Below, one piece after another: positions 1 through 13,532 of a DNA stretch of 64,000 nucleotides. This DNA is from Octopus sinensis. Taxonomy: Eukaryota. The notes below the pieces were generated by a model, which worked only from the letters and a program-made list of their open reading frames with translations, did no database searches and was not told the DNA's origin. The position numbers and the translations under genes are program-made. The DNA is taken from the NCBI RefSeq assembly GCF_006345805.1, contig NC_043010.1:55366001-55430000 (forward strand), written 5' to 3'. Positions within the stretch are counted from its first letter, which is position 1, and each line of letters begins with the position of its first letter.

Positions 1-134
1 TTCTTGTTGCTATTGTTGTGAAGTTCAGTTTTACCGCATTAAATATAAAGTCGTTGCAAGAAGTCTCTTTTGGGGATATTTTGCCGCTAAAGACAGATAA
101 TTGATTATTTTAGTAGCCACCCAGTTTCTCTTAA

Positions 135-281
135 GCGGATAACAGTGATTCGCGTTTGAACATTCGTGTTATGTTTCCATATTCTGTAAACATTGTTTAC
201 TTGATATACAACATGGCAGCGTATTGTGGAGGAGCGGTCAGAGATGCTTATCACAGAAGCCGTAGTCGCTAATGTAAATAG
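135..281 (+). other. Unique non-repetitive segment, possible exon of an unidentified gene
   Basis: After TTTCTCTTAAG, one frame is open (DNSDSRLNIRVMFPYSVNIVYLIYNMAAYCGGAVRDAYHRSRSR*). Another frame reads RIVEERSEMLITEAVVANVN up to AG|GTAC at 281. An A-rich tract with AATAAA follows. No family recognised. Confidence 0.2.
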
Positions 282-911
282 GTACACCCCTCAGATGCAA
301 ACTTGTGAAAAACATATTAACAGTGCAGTAAAAAGAACAAAAATGTAAGACTAAAAGAATGAGGCAAAAAAAAAATTAATAATAAAACTAACACGGAATA
401 AATAGATACAACAAAAACTGCAAAACGAAAAACAAAACTAATGAACTTCTTAAAAAACAACATGGAGATATTTTCTTTCTTCTTTAATCACTGTTCTTTC
501 CTTTTTTTATGCTATTATAGTAGCAAGCTACAAAGAGCGTCTAGACAGGCCGACTTGAAGAAAGAAAAATAATATGTGTAGAAGAAGTGTGTTACAATAA
601 TGCTAAACAAAAAAAAAGAAGAGAATACTTGAATTATATTCATTATTACACACAAACAGATACATATAAGTACATGTATATGTTTATACATAAATATATC
701 ACATGCATATCTACCCATCTATCTACATTGCTCTTTCTCTTTCTCTCCCTCTCTCTCTTTCCATATATACTATGTATTTGATATATATACAGATAGAGTA
801 GAGGACAAAATCTCCACGGACAAAAGCCGCATAGTTAAAGTGTGAAAGTGGACAGAATCCCTACTGTTATAGTTTTCGATTATCTTTATGTTTTTGTTTG
901 TTTTTTTTCAC

Positions 912-1190
912 CTGTTACTTGTTTCAGTCATTAGACTGCGGCCATGTTGGGGCACTGACTTAAAGAAATTTTTTTCTTGAACGTATCGACCCCAGAATTG
1001 CTTTTCATTTTTACTTGTTACAGTTATTAGTCTGCGGCCATTCTGGGACACCAGCTTGAAGTATTTTTAGTCGGATGTCTCGACGCTAGAATTTAAAAAA
1101 TTCTTACTCGTTGTTATTATTATTGTGCGGCCGTGCTGGGGCACCAACTAAAAGAATGTTTAGTCGAACGTAACGGACCTAGAATTATTT
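912..1190 (-). mobile_element. Three tandem diverged copies of the 3' tail of the CORE-type SINE
   Basis: The motif TTACTTGTTTCAGTCATTAGACTGCGGCCATG..GGGCAC..TCGACCC recurs at about 915, 1010 and 1103 and matches the tail of the full copy at 43236-43620. Confidence 0.7.
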
Positions 1191-1284
1191 TTAATGCTTT
1201 TCGACAAGGGCATGAAGTTAAGCCTAGAACGTATCTCCACATGCTAGAAACAACATAACCCCCTCGGTATTTTTATTTTCTAAA

Positions 1285-1564
1285 AGTCTTATTCGATCAG
1301 TTTCTTTTGCCGAACCGCTAAGTTACGGGGACGCAAACACACCAGTATCGGTTGTCAAGCGATGTTGGCTGGGACAAACACAAACACACAAACACACACA
1401 TGCACACATACGACGGGCTTCTTTCAGTTTCCGTCTACCAAATCCACTCACAAGGCTTTGGTCGGCCCGAGGCTATAGTAGAAGACACTTGCCCAAGTTG
1501 CCACGCAGTGTGACTGAACTCGGAACCATGTGGTTGGTAAGCAAGCTACTTACCACACAGCCAC
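1285..1564 (-). mobile_element. tRNA-derived CORE-type SINE (family A; resembles octopus OR2 from memory)
   Basis: Near-identical to copies at 3227, 43236, 48016 and 60380. Contains the MIR/CORE-like (C)TTGGGCAAGTGTCTTCT and a tRNA-like head with A/B boxes. Confidence 0.85.
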
Positions 1565-2948
1565 ACACTTCTGCAAAAGCAATCTTCCGCAGACAAAACT
1601 CACACAATGCTTTCAACAAGGGCAGAATCATTTAATGGCTTAGAAACAACTATGCTAGACGTGAACAGATTTCGTCAGTAATTTTTTGAGAAGCCTCGAT
1701 CGTAAATGGACGGATTAAGAGACTGAAAGTAAGCTAAAAAGACTTAACAATATTATAATTGATAATCACTTTCTGATTTTAACTAAAATTTCCCATGATT
1801 CTAATTTCTTGCCATCCACTTCGACAAACACCAAAATAAGTAGGTACTACACATTTTGCCACATTTTTCAGTTTCATTATCTATTTAATTGCATATCAGA
1901 GCATGTCAGAAAATATACGGGTGTATGATTAACATGTACAAACGGAAATGGTAGTACCGAAGATGGTGATATAATGGTAGAGACTGGATAGCAGGAGGAA
2001 GGATAAATTGCGTGTTATCACAGGATTTACATGATACAGAATGTCAAATAGTACATAATTAAGGTTGAGAATTGTAATTAAATGTCAACTTTGCAGCAGA
2101 AGTTTTAAAAAGGAATTTTGTTCTTGGATATTTTTTTCTTAAATGATGTATTTTTATCTATTTTTTTTTATTTTCTTTCATATATATATAAAATAGAGCT
2201 GAATAGTTCCTTTACAAAATGCCATATGCTGGATCAGCTACTTCAAACTGAAAGCATTAGAAATGTATTCAAACATATTGTTACATAACAGAAAAAAAGA
2301 GCATGCAAAAATTTATTTCACAAATTGCTTGCTGTAACAGTTAATAGCAGAAAATGCATTCAAATAATGTTCACATATGCAAGCACGCACCAAGAGAGAA
2401 AAAATTCATTCATACCTATGTACATAGCAACCCAATTCATTTCAGACATCGATGACTATAATAATAGTTTGTCGTGTAAAAAGCACTTAAATATTGACCA
2501 CATATATAAACACACAACATGACATATCAATCTGATTGCTTTCAGATATTGGGGACGTTAATACTTTAGCAGTGTAAAATACGGTCGAATACAGAACACA
2601 TATCCATAGCAACGAATTATATTTCAGATGTCGGTAACAGAAAGAGTTATTACCATAAAATACATTCAAATATTAAACGTATTTATGGAGAAATACTTCG
2701 GAACACGCAAACATACATAGTAACACCATTTCTTTCAGATATGGATGTCTAGAATAGAATAAGTTTTAATGCAATATACATTGAAAATTTCTTCATATAT
2801 TTCACACATTATCCACATACAAAACATTTTAAATGTATATTTATATACTTTTTCTATATATCTAATTATCTATCTCTCTAACCCATACATCCATTTGTCC
2901 ATCTTTCCATTTATCTATCTATCTATCTATCTATCTGTTTAGCTATCT

Positions 2949-3020
2949 TATTTCTTTATTGCCCACAAGAATCTAAACATAGAGGGGTCAAACAAGGACA
3001 AACAAAGGGATTAAGTCGAT
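2949..3020 (-). mobile_element. 3' tail fragment of SINE family B
   Basis: TATTTCTTTATTGCCCACAAG..AAACAAGGACAAACAAAGGGATTAAGTCGAT is the reverse complement of the family B tail. Confidence 0.75.
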
Positions 3021-3226
3021 ATATATATCTGGATACACGAGGTTCAAATCAACTATTTTCTCAAAAGACATGCGCGCGCGTGCGTGTGCGTGTGTGTGCA
3101 TGTGTGTGTGTGTGTGTGGTAATCCCCAATGGACGTTAATAAGAATCTAAAGGCATTTCATCCATGCAATATCTACGGACACACAATGCAGCTAAATTAA
3201 TAAAAACTAAACTACCAGATGTATTA

Positions 3227-3388
3227 GGCCTAGGAGTGGCTGTGTGATAAGTATCTTGCTTACCAATCACATGGTTCCGGGTTCAGTCCCACTGCGTAGC
3301 ACCTTGGGCAAGTATCTTCTACTATAGCCTCGGGCCGACCAAAGTCTTGTGAGTGGATTTGGTAGACGGAAACTGAAAGATGCCCGTC

Positions 3389-3426
<38 letters not shown>

Positions 3427-3667
3427 GTATGTAGGTATATATGTGTGCGTATATGTTTGTGTGTCTGTGTATCCCCTCAACATCGCTTGACAACAGATGC
3501 TGGTGTGTTTACGTCCTTGTAACTTAGCGGTTCGGCAAAAGTGACCTATAGAATAAGAAAATGGCTTACACAGAATAAGTCCCGGGGACGATTTGCTCGA
3601 CTAAAGGCGGTGCTCCAGCATGGCCACAGTCAAATGAATGAGTGAAACATGTAAAAGAGTAAAGAGT
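3227..3667 (+). mobile_element. Full-length CORE-type SINE (family A)
   Basis: Head GGAGTGGCTGTGTG..GGTTCCGGGTTCAGTCCC, CORE ACCTTGGGCAAGT, internal (TA)n/(TG)n, tail ending GTAAAAGAGTAAAGAG. Confidence 0.9.
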
Positions 3668-4059
3668 ATTATAAAGCATCATTGTGTGTTCAATGCCGAT
3701 ATCAACGCACATATTCCCTCCATAATTCTCAGGTATGGAAAGAATCGTAAGAAAGTTCCTAACGGATTGTTTTAACTCGCTTTGCAATGATTATTGGTGA
3801 AATTTACATATGTGCAGTTGTTATGAGCTTTTCGACGTTCTCCAAGCTTAATATAAATGCAAATCACACACACATACACACATGCACACAGAGTCTTACA
3901 TCCATCCACAAACATATATAATTGGAAATTCTGCTTCTATAAACAAGATTTGCGACTATCAAAGGAGAACGGAAAGAAGTCAAAGCAAAGAAAACACATC
4001 TGAAGTATTTATTTAATAATGTTGGTTTTAATAGCTAGTCGTTAGCTTCGTTCTGGAAA

Positions 4060-4441
4060 AAAAACTTTCTTTTGGATGATGCAGACGACCGAAAACAGGA
4101 ACCTTCTCTATTAAATAAACATATCAACAGTTTCTTACATATACATATATCTAAATGTAGGCGCACATACACACACATACACGCGCACACACACACACAC
4201 ACACACGAATATATATATAGTGTACATTTAAACACATAAGGAATCCACTCGTGGAATTCGACACGCTAGAAAGAACAGCTAGGTTCTATAGCCACAAAAA
4301 ACTTTCTTTTGGATGATGCAGAAGACCAAAAACAGGAACCTTCTCTATTAAATAAGCATATCAACAGTTTCTTACATATACATATATCTAAATGTAGAGG
4401 CACATATACACACATACACGCGTACACACACACACAAATAT

Positions 4442-4514
<73 letters not shown>

Positions 4515-4591
4515 TACATTTAAACACATAAGGAATCCACTCGTGGAATTCGACACGCTAGAAAGACAGCTAGGTTCTATAGCCACAAAAA
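4060..4591. repeat. Local tandem duplication, two copies (4060-4296 and 4297-4591)
   Basis: The unit AAAAACTTTCTTTTGGATGATGCAG...GGTTCTATAGCCACA is repeated directly. The copies differ mainly in internal (CA)n and (TA)n length. Confidence 0.92.
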
Positions 4592-4901
4592 TTAGAGATA
4601 AAATTCGACAGGTACGAAATGAAAATAAAAACATTTTACTATTTACTTGAAACTAATCATATAGCGAGCATAAGATTTTATCTGTCATAGTCCATATTAG
4701 TAGAAAATCTGCATATATGTAAATAGATGTGTGTATTTTCCCCTTGTTAACGATTAACACGGAAAAAATATATAAATAGTTACCAAAGCAGCAAAAAATC
4801 ACACAAGTAAAAAGGTTGCAACTCCTTGTGTTTAAAGGTAGAAACTTCGGGTTTACGTGAAATATTTTGTATAATATATATAAATAAATAAGTGTAGATA
4901 A

Positions 4902-4959
<58 letters not shown>

Positions 4960-5689
4960 TGATACAGCTATTGTTTAGAACAGAAATGCAAACTGTGGAA
5001 ATGTGTACCGTCCAGTCAAAGGATTAAAAATGCACGTGAAAAGACTTCATAACTTGGCACCGGTTCCTTATACCATGCAGCACAACTCTGCATTATGTCA
5101 TACACTGTATAAATATTAATAGTATTGCGACGCAAGGAAAGAAACTAGCACTAGGATAGTTCAAATATATCTTTAGCATAAGGAAGTATCTAAATGCAAT
5201 TACACTGCAGTTCACTGCGGAGAAAAATTCTCGTTTGTGGCAATGGGGTACATGCATTATTACCAGCATAGTTGCGCCGACTTTTGGTCCCACTAGATGA
5301 ATTTCTGCCTTACTATGCTGTTCTCATTGAGTGACACTATAGAGAGATAGCACTGGGCTGACTAAAAAGTTATATCTTTATAATAAGAGGCTATTTAGTG
5401 ACTGGTTTGGGATCGCCCGTGGTGAACCTCAGTAAAGCTGCCTTTAGAAAATAAAAAATATCACAAGCATATTGGAACTGAACTAATTATTTACTATTTC
5501 TCATCAAAGCTTTGCACTGCTATTAATTTATTTGTTCAGGCCGTGAGGTCTACTAACGCAAATCAGTCATCAATATTGATAAATGAGTTGCGTTCATTAA
5601 AAGCTAAGTTTTTCTGTCAGCTAAGGTTAACTCTCCTCGGTATATCCTACTAAGGACGGCATAAAGAGACATAGGTTCATCTAGGCTTT

Positions 5690-5916
5690 CTCATTTTCAT
5701 TACCAACCCGGCTGAAATTGGGTCTGGCTCTGAGTACAAATGTCTTGTTTTGATAAGTTTTGAATTTAAATCTTCCACCAAACTTTAATCACAATTTATG
5801 TTCGTAAAACTAGCTTAATGATAACTACGTTATTTTACTAAATTCTTTGTTATATTCAAAAACAATTGAAAGAAACACAGAGCATCTCAAAATAAATACA
5901 GTAACGAAAGGGTTAA
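5690..5916. mobile_element. TTAA-type (piggyBac-like) MITE with a decayed left end
   Basis: Right end GTAACGAAAGGG+TTAA. Left end CATTTTCATTAC is a decayed match to the expected CCCTTTCGTTAC. No coding capacity. Confidence 0.5.
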
Positions 5917-7044
5917 AAAGTGCGCCGCGGAGAAGGTAATGGATTTATTTAAACCTTTAACATAAATGAGGAAATTTTTCTCCGCTATAAACTGCAATAA
6001 AATTGTATTTAAAAGTTTAAATTTGCTCCGAACATATTTGCTCTAATCTAGAGTTGGTTACATCTACATACATACATGCATACATACATATGTTACAAGT
6101 ATGTACATAAGTATGTATTCATTTATTATATTAAGTGGAAGTTCGTTCAATGCCTCGCAAATGGTATCCATGTCACATCCATCCCAGTAGCTTTAGCATA
6201 AGGAAGTCTCAAGCTTTTGCTCAGCATTAATTTTGTATAACCTTTCTTTGAAGTAGTCACATAAAATACACAATACTTACAGTTGTATACCAACGAAATA
6301 TTTACACGCTCACACACACACACATACACAAAGTCATGCATACATGCACATAAAGACATATATACAGACGCATAGTCTCTGTTCAATTATCATTTTTGAC
6401 ACAGAGCAACTTATGTCGAGATATTAAAATGATATTCTAAAAATATGAAAAAAAAAAAATACTATTCTGTTTTATTAGAACTGAATTCTTATGGCTTCTA
6501 AATCTCTGTTGAATTTTTATTAATACAATGTTTCGAAAAAATATCCACACATACGATTTTATTACCAATGGTGTCTACGTAGATGATGTTTTACTTTCAC
6601 ACTTTATAGGACTCAAGTGACTGAATACATTTTGTTAGATAAACGATTTAAAAAATATATATATGAAAAAACATCTGATTAATTGAAATAATATTTTTAT
6701 GGTTTTCAAATACATTTTGAACTCCATTGATAAAATGTTTCACAGCCTTTTCAATATATTTTTTTCCTATTATTATTTTCGACTGTCTTTTTATTTTCAG
6801 TTAAACGAGTTGGCCTTGGTCAAATATACATTAAATATGTGATATAGATAATGTTTTATTCTATTATTATTCTGCAGATGCAGTTCCAATGCAACACAGT
6901 AGATAGTTTATATATTATCTGAATATACTTCATTCACAATAGCAGATTCGATTTTTTTCGGAAGCGACACGAGTACGCATCATTGTTAAGCTGCAACAAC
7001 GGTGAAATACGTATATGTTGCTCTCGTGATGATATTTGATGCGA

Positions 7045-7266
7045 GCTGGCAGAAACGTTAGCACGCCGGGCGAAATGCTTAGCGGTATTTCGTCTGCGTT
7101 ACGTTGTGAGTTCAAATTCCGCCCAGGTCGACTTTGCCTTTCATCCTTTCAGGGTCGATAAATTAAGTACCAGTTACGAACTGGGGTCGATCTAATCGAC
7201 TTAATACCTATGTCTGTCCTTGTTTGTCCGCTCTGTGTTTAGCCCCTTGTGGGTAATAAAGAAATA
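7045..7266 (+). mobile_element. SINE family B (central GTCGACTTTGCCTTTCATCCTTTCGGGGTCGATAA, Nin/Inv-domain-like) with 14-bp TSD
   Basis: Matches other family B copies. TSD GATATTTGATGCGA at 7031-7044 and 7267-7280. Confidence 0.92.
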
Positions 7267-7799
7267 GATATTTGATGCGATATCTAGTGTATATTCTGCA
7301 TATTTACTAATATATATCTTTAAAGGAATTTTTTTTGTGCACGATAAACGGCAGTTTCTGTCGTTTAAACAATGCACATACGTACAGTATTTTGTGATAA
7401 AACTGTCCTTTGAATAAGGACATCTTTTTCTATTCGTGAAAATCTATTTACTGATTTGCCCAGTTAGGTTACGTACACTGATGGGATCAAATATATAAAA
7501 GCGTTTCATATGAGCTTTTGCTTGCAATTAGCAGAATGAACTTCTTTAAAGAGGCAAATTAATCTACGAATGAAAATAATGCAGAGCGAATTATTGGTAT
7601 CATTCAGTTTGTTTCGTTCGCATCTACGGTTATTTTTAGTTTAAATCCTAATATGCGCTACCTTCGGTTAAAACAGCGTTCTGATTACCAATCACTTGCC
7701 AGTTCATCAAAAAAGCCCGTCACAAACATAGAAGAGAAGCTAGAAAACCGATGCGTTGCGTTCAATTAAATATTAAATACTAAATAATATATAGTATAT

Positions 7800-7915
7800 A
7801 TATGACGGGCTAATTTTATTTCCCGTCTACTAAATCCTCCCACAAGGCTTTGGCCGACCCTAGGCTATAGTAGAAGTTACTGGCCAAAGCTTCTTGATAC
7901 ACAGTCACTCCTATA
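7800..7915 (-). mobile_element. Partial CORE-type SINE (family A)
   Basis: GACGGGCT..CCCGTCTACTAAATCC..CACAAGGCTTTGGCCGACCC..GGCTATAGTAGAAG matches the family A core. Confidence 0.8.
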
Positions 7916-7926
7916 CTTACATGCAT

Positions 7927-7958
<32 letters not shown>

Positions 7959-8379
7959 TTATTATAGATATAGGGTAAAAAATTATTAATTTATAATTAA
8001 TAAATTTCACCAAGTAGTTTCGGTATGGAAAAGAACCATATTCGCTAAAAACTTATACAAGAAGTTTCATATATAATTATAACAATAATTAAGGGCTTAG
8101 CAACAAATTGCTTAACCACATACCGAAAAATTTAGAAATAGCAGCCAAACGACCGTTATTTCTTTTCGCTACAAAATATGACTCCACAGACAACCCTCTC
8201 TGTAACTCACATAGGCAAAAAAGAAGGAAAATAATGAAATCAAACAGTCTTGTTGCTAAGTCCTTAATTATTGTTATATATATATATATGTAAAACATAA
8301 ATAATATCTATGCATATATGCATACTTATATATACATACTTACATCTTTGCGTATACATATATATGCATATGTGGGCAC

Positions 8380-8875
8380 ATGATGCCACGAACCGTGTAC
8401 AACAAAATATACGATGTACGAGTACATGGAATATGAACAATGGTTTTGAACAACGAAGGACACAGATGGAAAACTGGACAAACAACATAAAGAACGATCC
8501 TTCATCAGTTGATGGCATTTTTTCATCTCTCGTATTTCGGGTATTTCACGACAAGATACGCCTTCGATAAAACAGTTGCTTCCGCAAAGCAAATTAAACC
8601 AAATTTGGGTTTTGCGGAGGGTCAAAACAGGTAACTAAAGCAGGACAGTCAAAACAAAAAAGAAGGGCTGCTAAGCCTAAACGAGGTTGTGGTGGAGAAC
8701 GCGTACAAACAATCTTGGACAGGAGACAGAGAAAAACAGGCTTTATTGTACCAGCTAAAACGGATAGAAAGAAACATAAGTCAGGAGAAGAAAGAAAGAT
8801 GGCCGATGGTTACGTGAGAGCTACGTGAGCAAGAGGGAAGAGTGAGGGAGAGAAGGTGACAGACAGAACTCTTAA
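8380..8875. other. Unidentified higher-GC block between (TA)n tracts, probably a retroelement fragment
   Basis: Composition shift and purine-rich 3' part like the Penelope-type fragments at 26.8 and 58.8 kb, plus a 42-nt hairpin at 8579-8620. No recognisable protein motif. Confidence 0.3.
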
Positions 8876-8879
8876 GAAG

Positions 8880-9208
8880 ATGTATATATACACATATATA
8901 CATACATATATGGATATATAATTATATACGTATGGATATATAAATATACGTAAAAACACATGCATCTATTTATATAAATATATGGATATATATATATATA
9001 TACATATGTATATATACGTATATATATAATTATATATATATATGGATATATATATATATATATATACATATGTATATATACGTATATATATATATATAAT
9101 TATATATATATAACGTATATATATATAACTATACATATATATGTATGTATATATATATATATAGATATATATATATATACATGTATATAAATATATATAT
9201 ATCTATAT

Positions 9209-9242
<34 letters not shown>

Positions 9243-9331
9243 CATATGTATATATACGTATATATATATATATAGATATATATATATATAACGTATATAT
9301 ATATAACTATACATATATATGTATGTATGTA

Positions 9332-9365
<34 letters not shown>

Positions 9366-9390
9366 CTATATATATATATATATATATATC
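8880..9390. repeat. Compound (TA)n microsatellite with TACG/TGGA interruptions
   Basis: Read directly from the sequence. Confidence 0.95.
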
Positions 9391-9879
9391 AGAGGTTCTG
9401 TTATTCAGACATATAGCTTGACCGCGTATACAAAAAGTAATCTTGTATCTGCATATGTAAATAAGTGTAATATATTTCAGTTTATTCACAGCTGATTTGA
9501 AACGATGAAATTAACTTGATTATTTACGACAGACAGAAACACACTGATTATGTCTGATGTTTAATGAAGCATGTTTTAAGCTTTTGTTTTCCAAGAACTG
9601 AAAATTTACGCGTTACCAATGCACAGCTGAAATATCACTGACCAATTTCGGGACTCTTGTTCTGCTTTCAATAACATATAGCTGACATTTAACTAGAATA
9701 GTCTGCTGTAGTCAATGTTGCTCTTGTCAGCTCTGATGTTTTATTGTTCTAGTCGTTTAGATCAATGTTAGGCCAAATCAGGCAGACCTGTGATCAAAAT
9801 ACAATCCACATAGTAACTCTTCATCTTTTATTATATAATTCTAAATGTTGGTGAGACGCCAAAAATCGTTAATGTGTCA

Positions 9880-10260
9880 GGCAAAATGCTTAGCAGCTTC
9901 AGCTTAGCATCAAGTTGATGCTCTGTGTTCAAATTCCGCCGAGGTTAATCTGGTCTTTTAGCCTTTCTACCTCGATAAAATGAGTACTGGTTAAGCACCA
10001 GTATTTATGTAAATCTCTTAGTGTGTTAATTTTATGCGTTGCTTTTATACTGAAAACAATTATTTTAGACGCTATTAAGGCAACTAGCTGTGAGATGTGT
10101 TAAAGCACAGGACACGTTCATTGGGGATATATTTTCCAGTTCTTTAAGTTCTAAGTTCAAATTTTCTCCATCGTAAGTATTGCTCTTCGCCATTTCCAGA
10201 TCGATAAAATGCTTATTACTTGATCACTGGAATTAATATAACTGACTTACCCTTGCCTCT
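9880..10260 (+). mobile_element. Two old diverged family B SINE copies
   Basis: GTTCAAATTCCGCCGAGGT..TCGATAAAATGAGTAC and a second TTCTAAGTTCAAATT..TCGATAAAATG. Confidence 0.6.
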
Positions 10261-10524
10261 ACAATTAAGAATAATTATTACGGATTACATTATTCAAAGA
10301 GTGTTTTTTTTAATAAAGACAGTAGGAAATGATTGAAGGTAGATTTGGTTGCTATTTCAAGAAGTCTGGCCGACAAAATTAGATGGAATCTCAAACTCAT
10401 GAATTTACCATGACTTAAAATTACGTCATGCAAAGTTCACCATGGCAGAATTTGAAATCAGAATGTAAAAACTGGGAATAAATACGACAATAACCCTGCC
10501 CTCACACCGCGTTGCAATGTTTCA

Positions 10525-10919
10525 GGTCATCCCATAAGTTATGTCCGATTTTACCTTTTTAAAAATTGAATGAAATTTAATAGTATTTCAGAATGTCTAT
10601 TGGAATTAAAAATTATTTTTATGCATTTATGTACATTTAAACTACTTAAATATTATTTTACAGAATAATATAATTAAAATTTCTTTGATTAAAACCCTTT
10701 CTCACATGGAAGTATCCAAAGAGCATTTAAAACATTTCAGAGTCCTTCGATTCGAAACGAAAAGTGTTTTGCATAAATGGGGTTAAAAAGCTTGTAAATA
10801 GATGGAAGGAAGTCATAGAAAATCAGGGAAAGAACATTGATGATTAAATCTCATTTAAATATAACATTTGATCACTTGTTTTCTTTATTCAAACTTTGGA
10901 CAGAACTTATGGGATGACC
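10525..10919. mobile_element. Tc1/mariner-type MITE
   Basis: 22-bp terminal inverted repeat with one mismatch: GGTCATCCCATAAGTTATGTCC at 10525 versus the reverse complement of GGACAGAACTTATGGGATGACC ending at 10919. AT-rich non-coding interior. Confidence 0.75.
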
Positions 10920-10932
10920 ATATATATATATA

Positions 10933-11166
10933 AAGGATCCCATCAACTTTAAATGGAGTCTGGATAGATTCCTTCAAAGAATACCAGATAAGCCACCCAT
11001 AATTGGATACAACTCACCCAACAAGAACTCACTACTTGAATGGACCATAAACAAAACTTGACTTAAACAGGATTCGAATAATCCTATCAGGTGGTGCTAT
11101 TAAGTTAGACATAGCCTGGACCAATCTTAGGTCGAAACATATCTAAGTTTATCTAAGTCTAAGTTT
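10933..11166 (+). mobile_element. CR1-clade LINE 3' end (5'-truncated)
   Basis: 10933-11061 translates KDPINFKWSLDRFLQRIPDKPPIIGYNSPNKNSLLEWTINKT*, the typical CR1 ORF2 C-terminus (FK..LD.FL..IPD.P..GY...NSL). A 3' UTR with tandem CTAAGT tail follows. Confidence 0.8.
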
Positions 11167-11604
11167 ATATATATAAATATATATATAATAACAACAGTTT
11201 CATACAATTGTCAGGATATTTGTTAATTCTGTTATATTAAAGCATATGTTTGTCCAGTTTGTATAGCGACAAAGATATGATGATTTAAGACGTTTAAGAC
11301 ATGCAAGAATCTTTCTCACACCTCATCAAAGCCTCCGACTCCTACCGCCCTTAATCCGTTTTTTTCTTTTCACAAAGCTAATGCAAATATAAATTTTCTA
11401 ACTACCAAAGGCTGGTTGATTACTCAATTCTGTCGGTGTCTATCCACAGATCTGCATGTTAAGATCGTTTTACTTTCAACTTGAGGCATACATGCATGTA
11501 TACACTCACAAGCACACTCACAAGTGCATGCGCACGCGAACACGTGGAGACACACTTTCCCGAGATCTACATGTTAAGATCAGTTTTATTTTCATTATAA
11601 CACA

Positions 11605-12160
<556 letters not shown>

Positions 12161-12167
12161 TTTATGC

Positions 12168-12415
12168 CTGAGAGACTTACATGGTGTGGATGTGGGTTTC
12201 TTTAAAACTAAACTGGATCTCTTCTTGTGGGAGTCCAGATGAACCTACTCACACGACAGGAGACACGGATGCGGGCAGCAGCATCGAACTCCCTTGTTGA
12301 TCAAGTGCCACGTATCAGAGGTGGATTCACAAACTAGTGTGGCTCATTCAGCGGTGTGGGCCCAGCATGGCCGCGGCCTTCGGGCTAAAACATTTTTAAG
12401 GATTTTAAGGATTTA
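12168..12415 (+). mobile_element. CR1-clade LINE 3' end, second family, frameshifted
   Basis: LRDLHGVDVGFFKTKLDLFL then, across frameshifts, [27 protein letters not shown]. Tail (TTTTAAGGA)2. Confidence 0.75.
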
Positions 12416-13019
12416 TATATGTACATATATATTTACATATATATGTATATATATATATACATATATATATATACACATATATATATACACATATATATAT
12501 ATGTATGTATGTATGTATGTATATATATGTATGTATATATGTCTGTATGTGTGTGTGCGTGTGTATGTGTGCATGTATATATCACTTTGACACAAAATCT
12601 CACCTTATTTTATTTGTTGTCAAGTTTGATGGGATGAATTATTATAACAGCGCAATGCGATTACGTTGCAGGATAATATATTGCCGAACGTCATGAATAT
12701 TGCGAATAAAGATGCGGTGAGCAGATTTTTGAAGATTTATGTCACATTTATACTATATAAATAACATGCGACATCCGGGTATGAAAAGAGATGCTTAAGC
12801 TTCCATGAATTTCAAGATATAATTTTCGAACATTGATAACTTTTCCTTCTGTTTTATTTTACTTTTTTAACAGTGGTTTTATATATATATATATCTGTTT
12901 ATATATATGTATATATATGTGTATAGATATATATTCAATGTACCCGCTATTAGAATGTATAAATACAAACTTCCAATGAGTTATTGCGTGGGGATATTAG
13001 ACAGACGGTCGGTTCGATA

Positions 13020-13188
13020 TACGAGCGTACAGATGGATAAACGGATGGACAGATGGCCGGATGGGTACACGAACGGACGGACAGAAGAATGGATGGATGG
13101 ATGGACGGACGGATGGATGGATGGATGGATGGATGGATGGACGGATGGATGGATTGATGAATGGATGGATGGATGGATGGATGGATGG

Positions 13189-13220
<32 letters not shown>

Positions 13221-13532
13221 GTGGACGGACGGACGATGGATGGATGGATGGGTGGATGGATGGACGGACGGACGGATGGATGGATGGATGGGTGGATGGA
13301 CGGACGACGGACGGATTGACTGATGGAGGGATGGATGGATGGATGGATGGACGGACGGACTGACGGACGGACGGACGGACAGATGGATGGATGGGTGAAT
13401 GGATGGACGGACGAACGGATTGATTGATGGATGGATGGATGGATGGATGGATGGATGGATGGACGGACGGATGGATGGATGGATGGATGGATGAATGGAC
13501 GGATGGACGGACGGACGGACGGATGGATGGAT
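13020..13532. repeat. (GGAT)n/(GGAC)n tetranucleotide microsatellite
   Basis: Read directly; source of the WMDG/HPSI pseudo-ORFs. Confidence 0.97.

Noticed and set aside
8490-8545. Minus-strand GAAA ... CUGAUGA arrangement
   Set aside because: No valid stem III, NUH triplet or stem I register.
8660-8683. AGAA-GGGCU-gcua-AGCCU-AAAC, resembling a hammerhead stem II
   Set aside because: CUGA is missing and there is no stem I; too degenerate to call.
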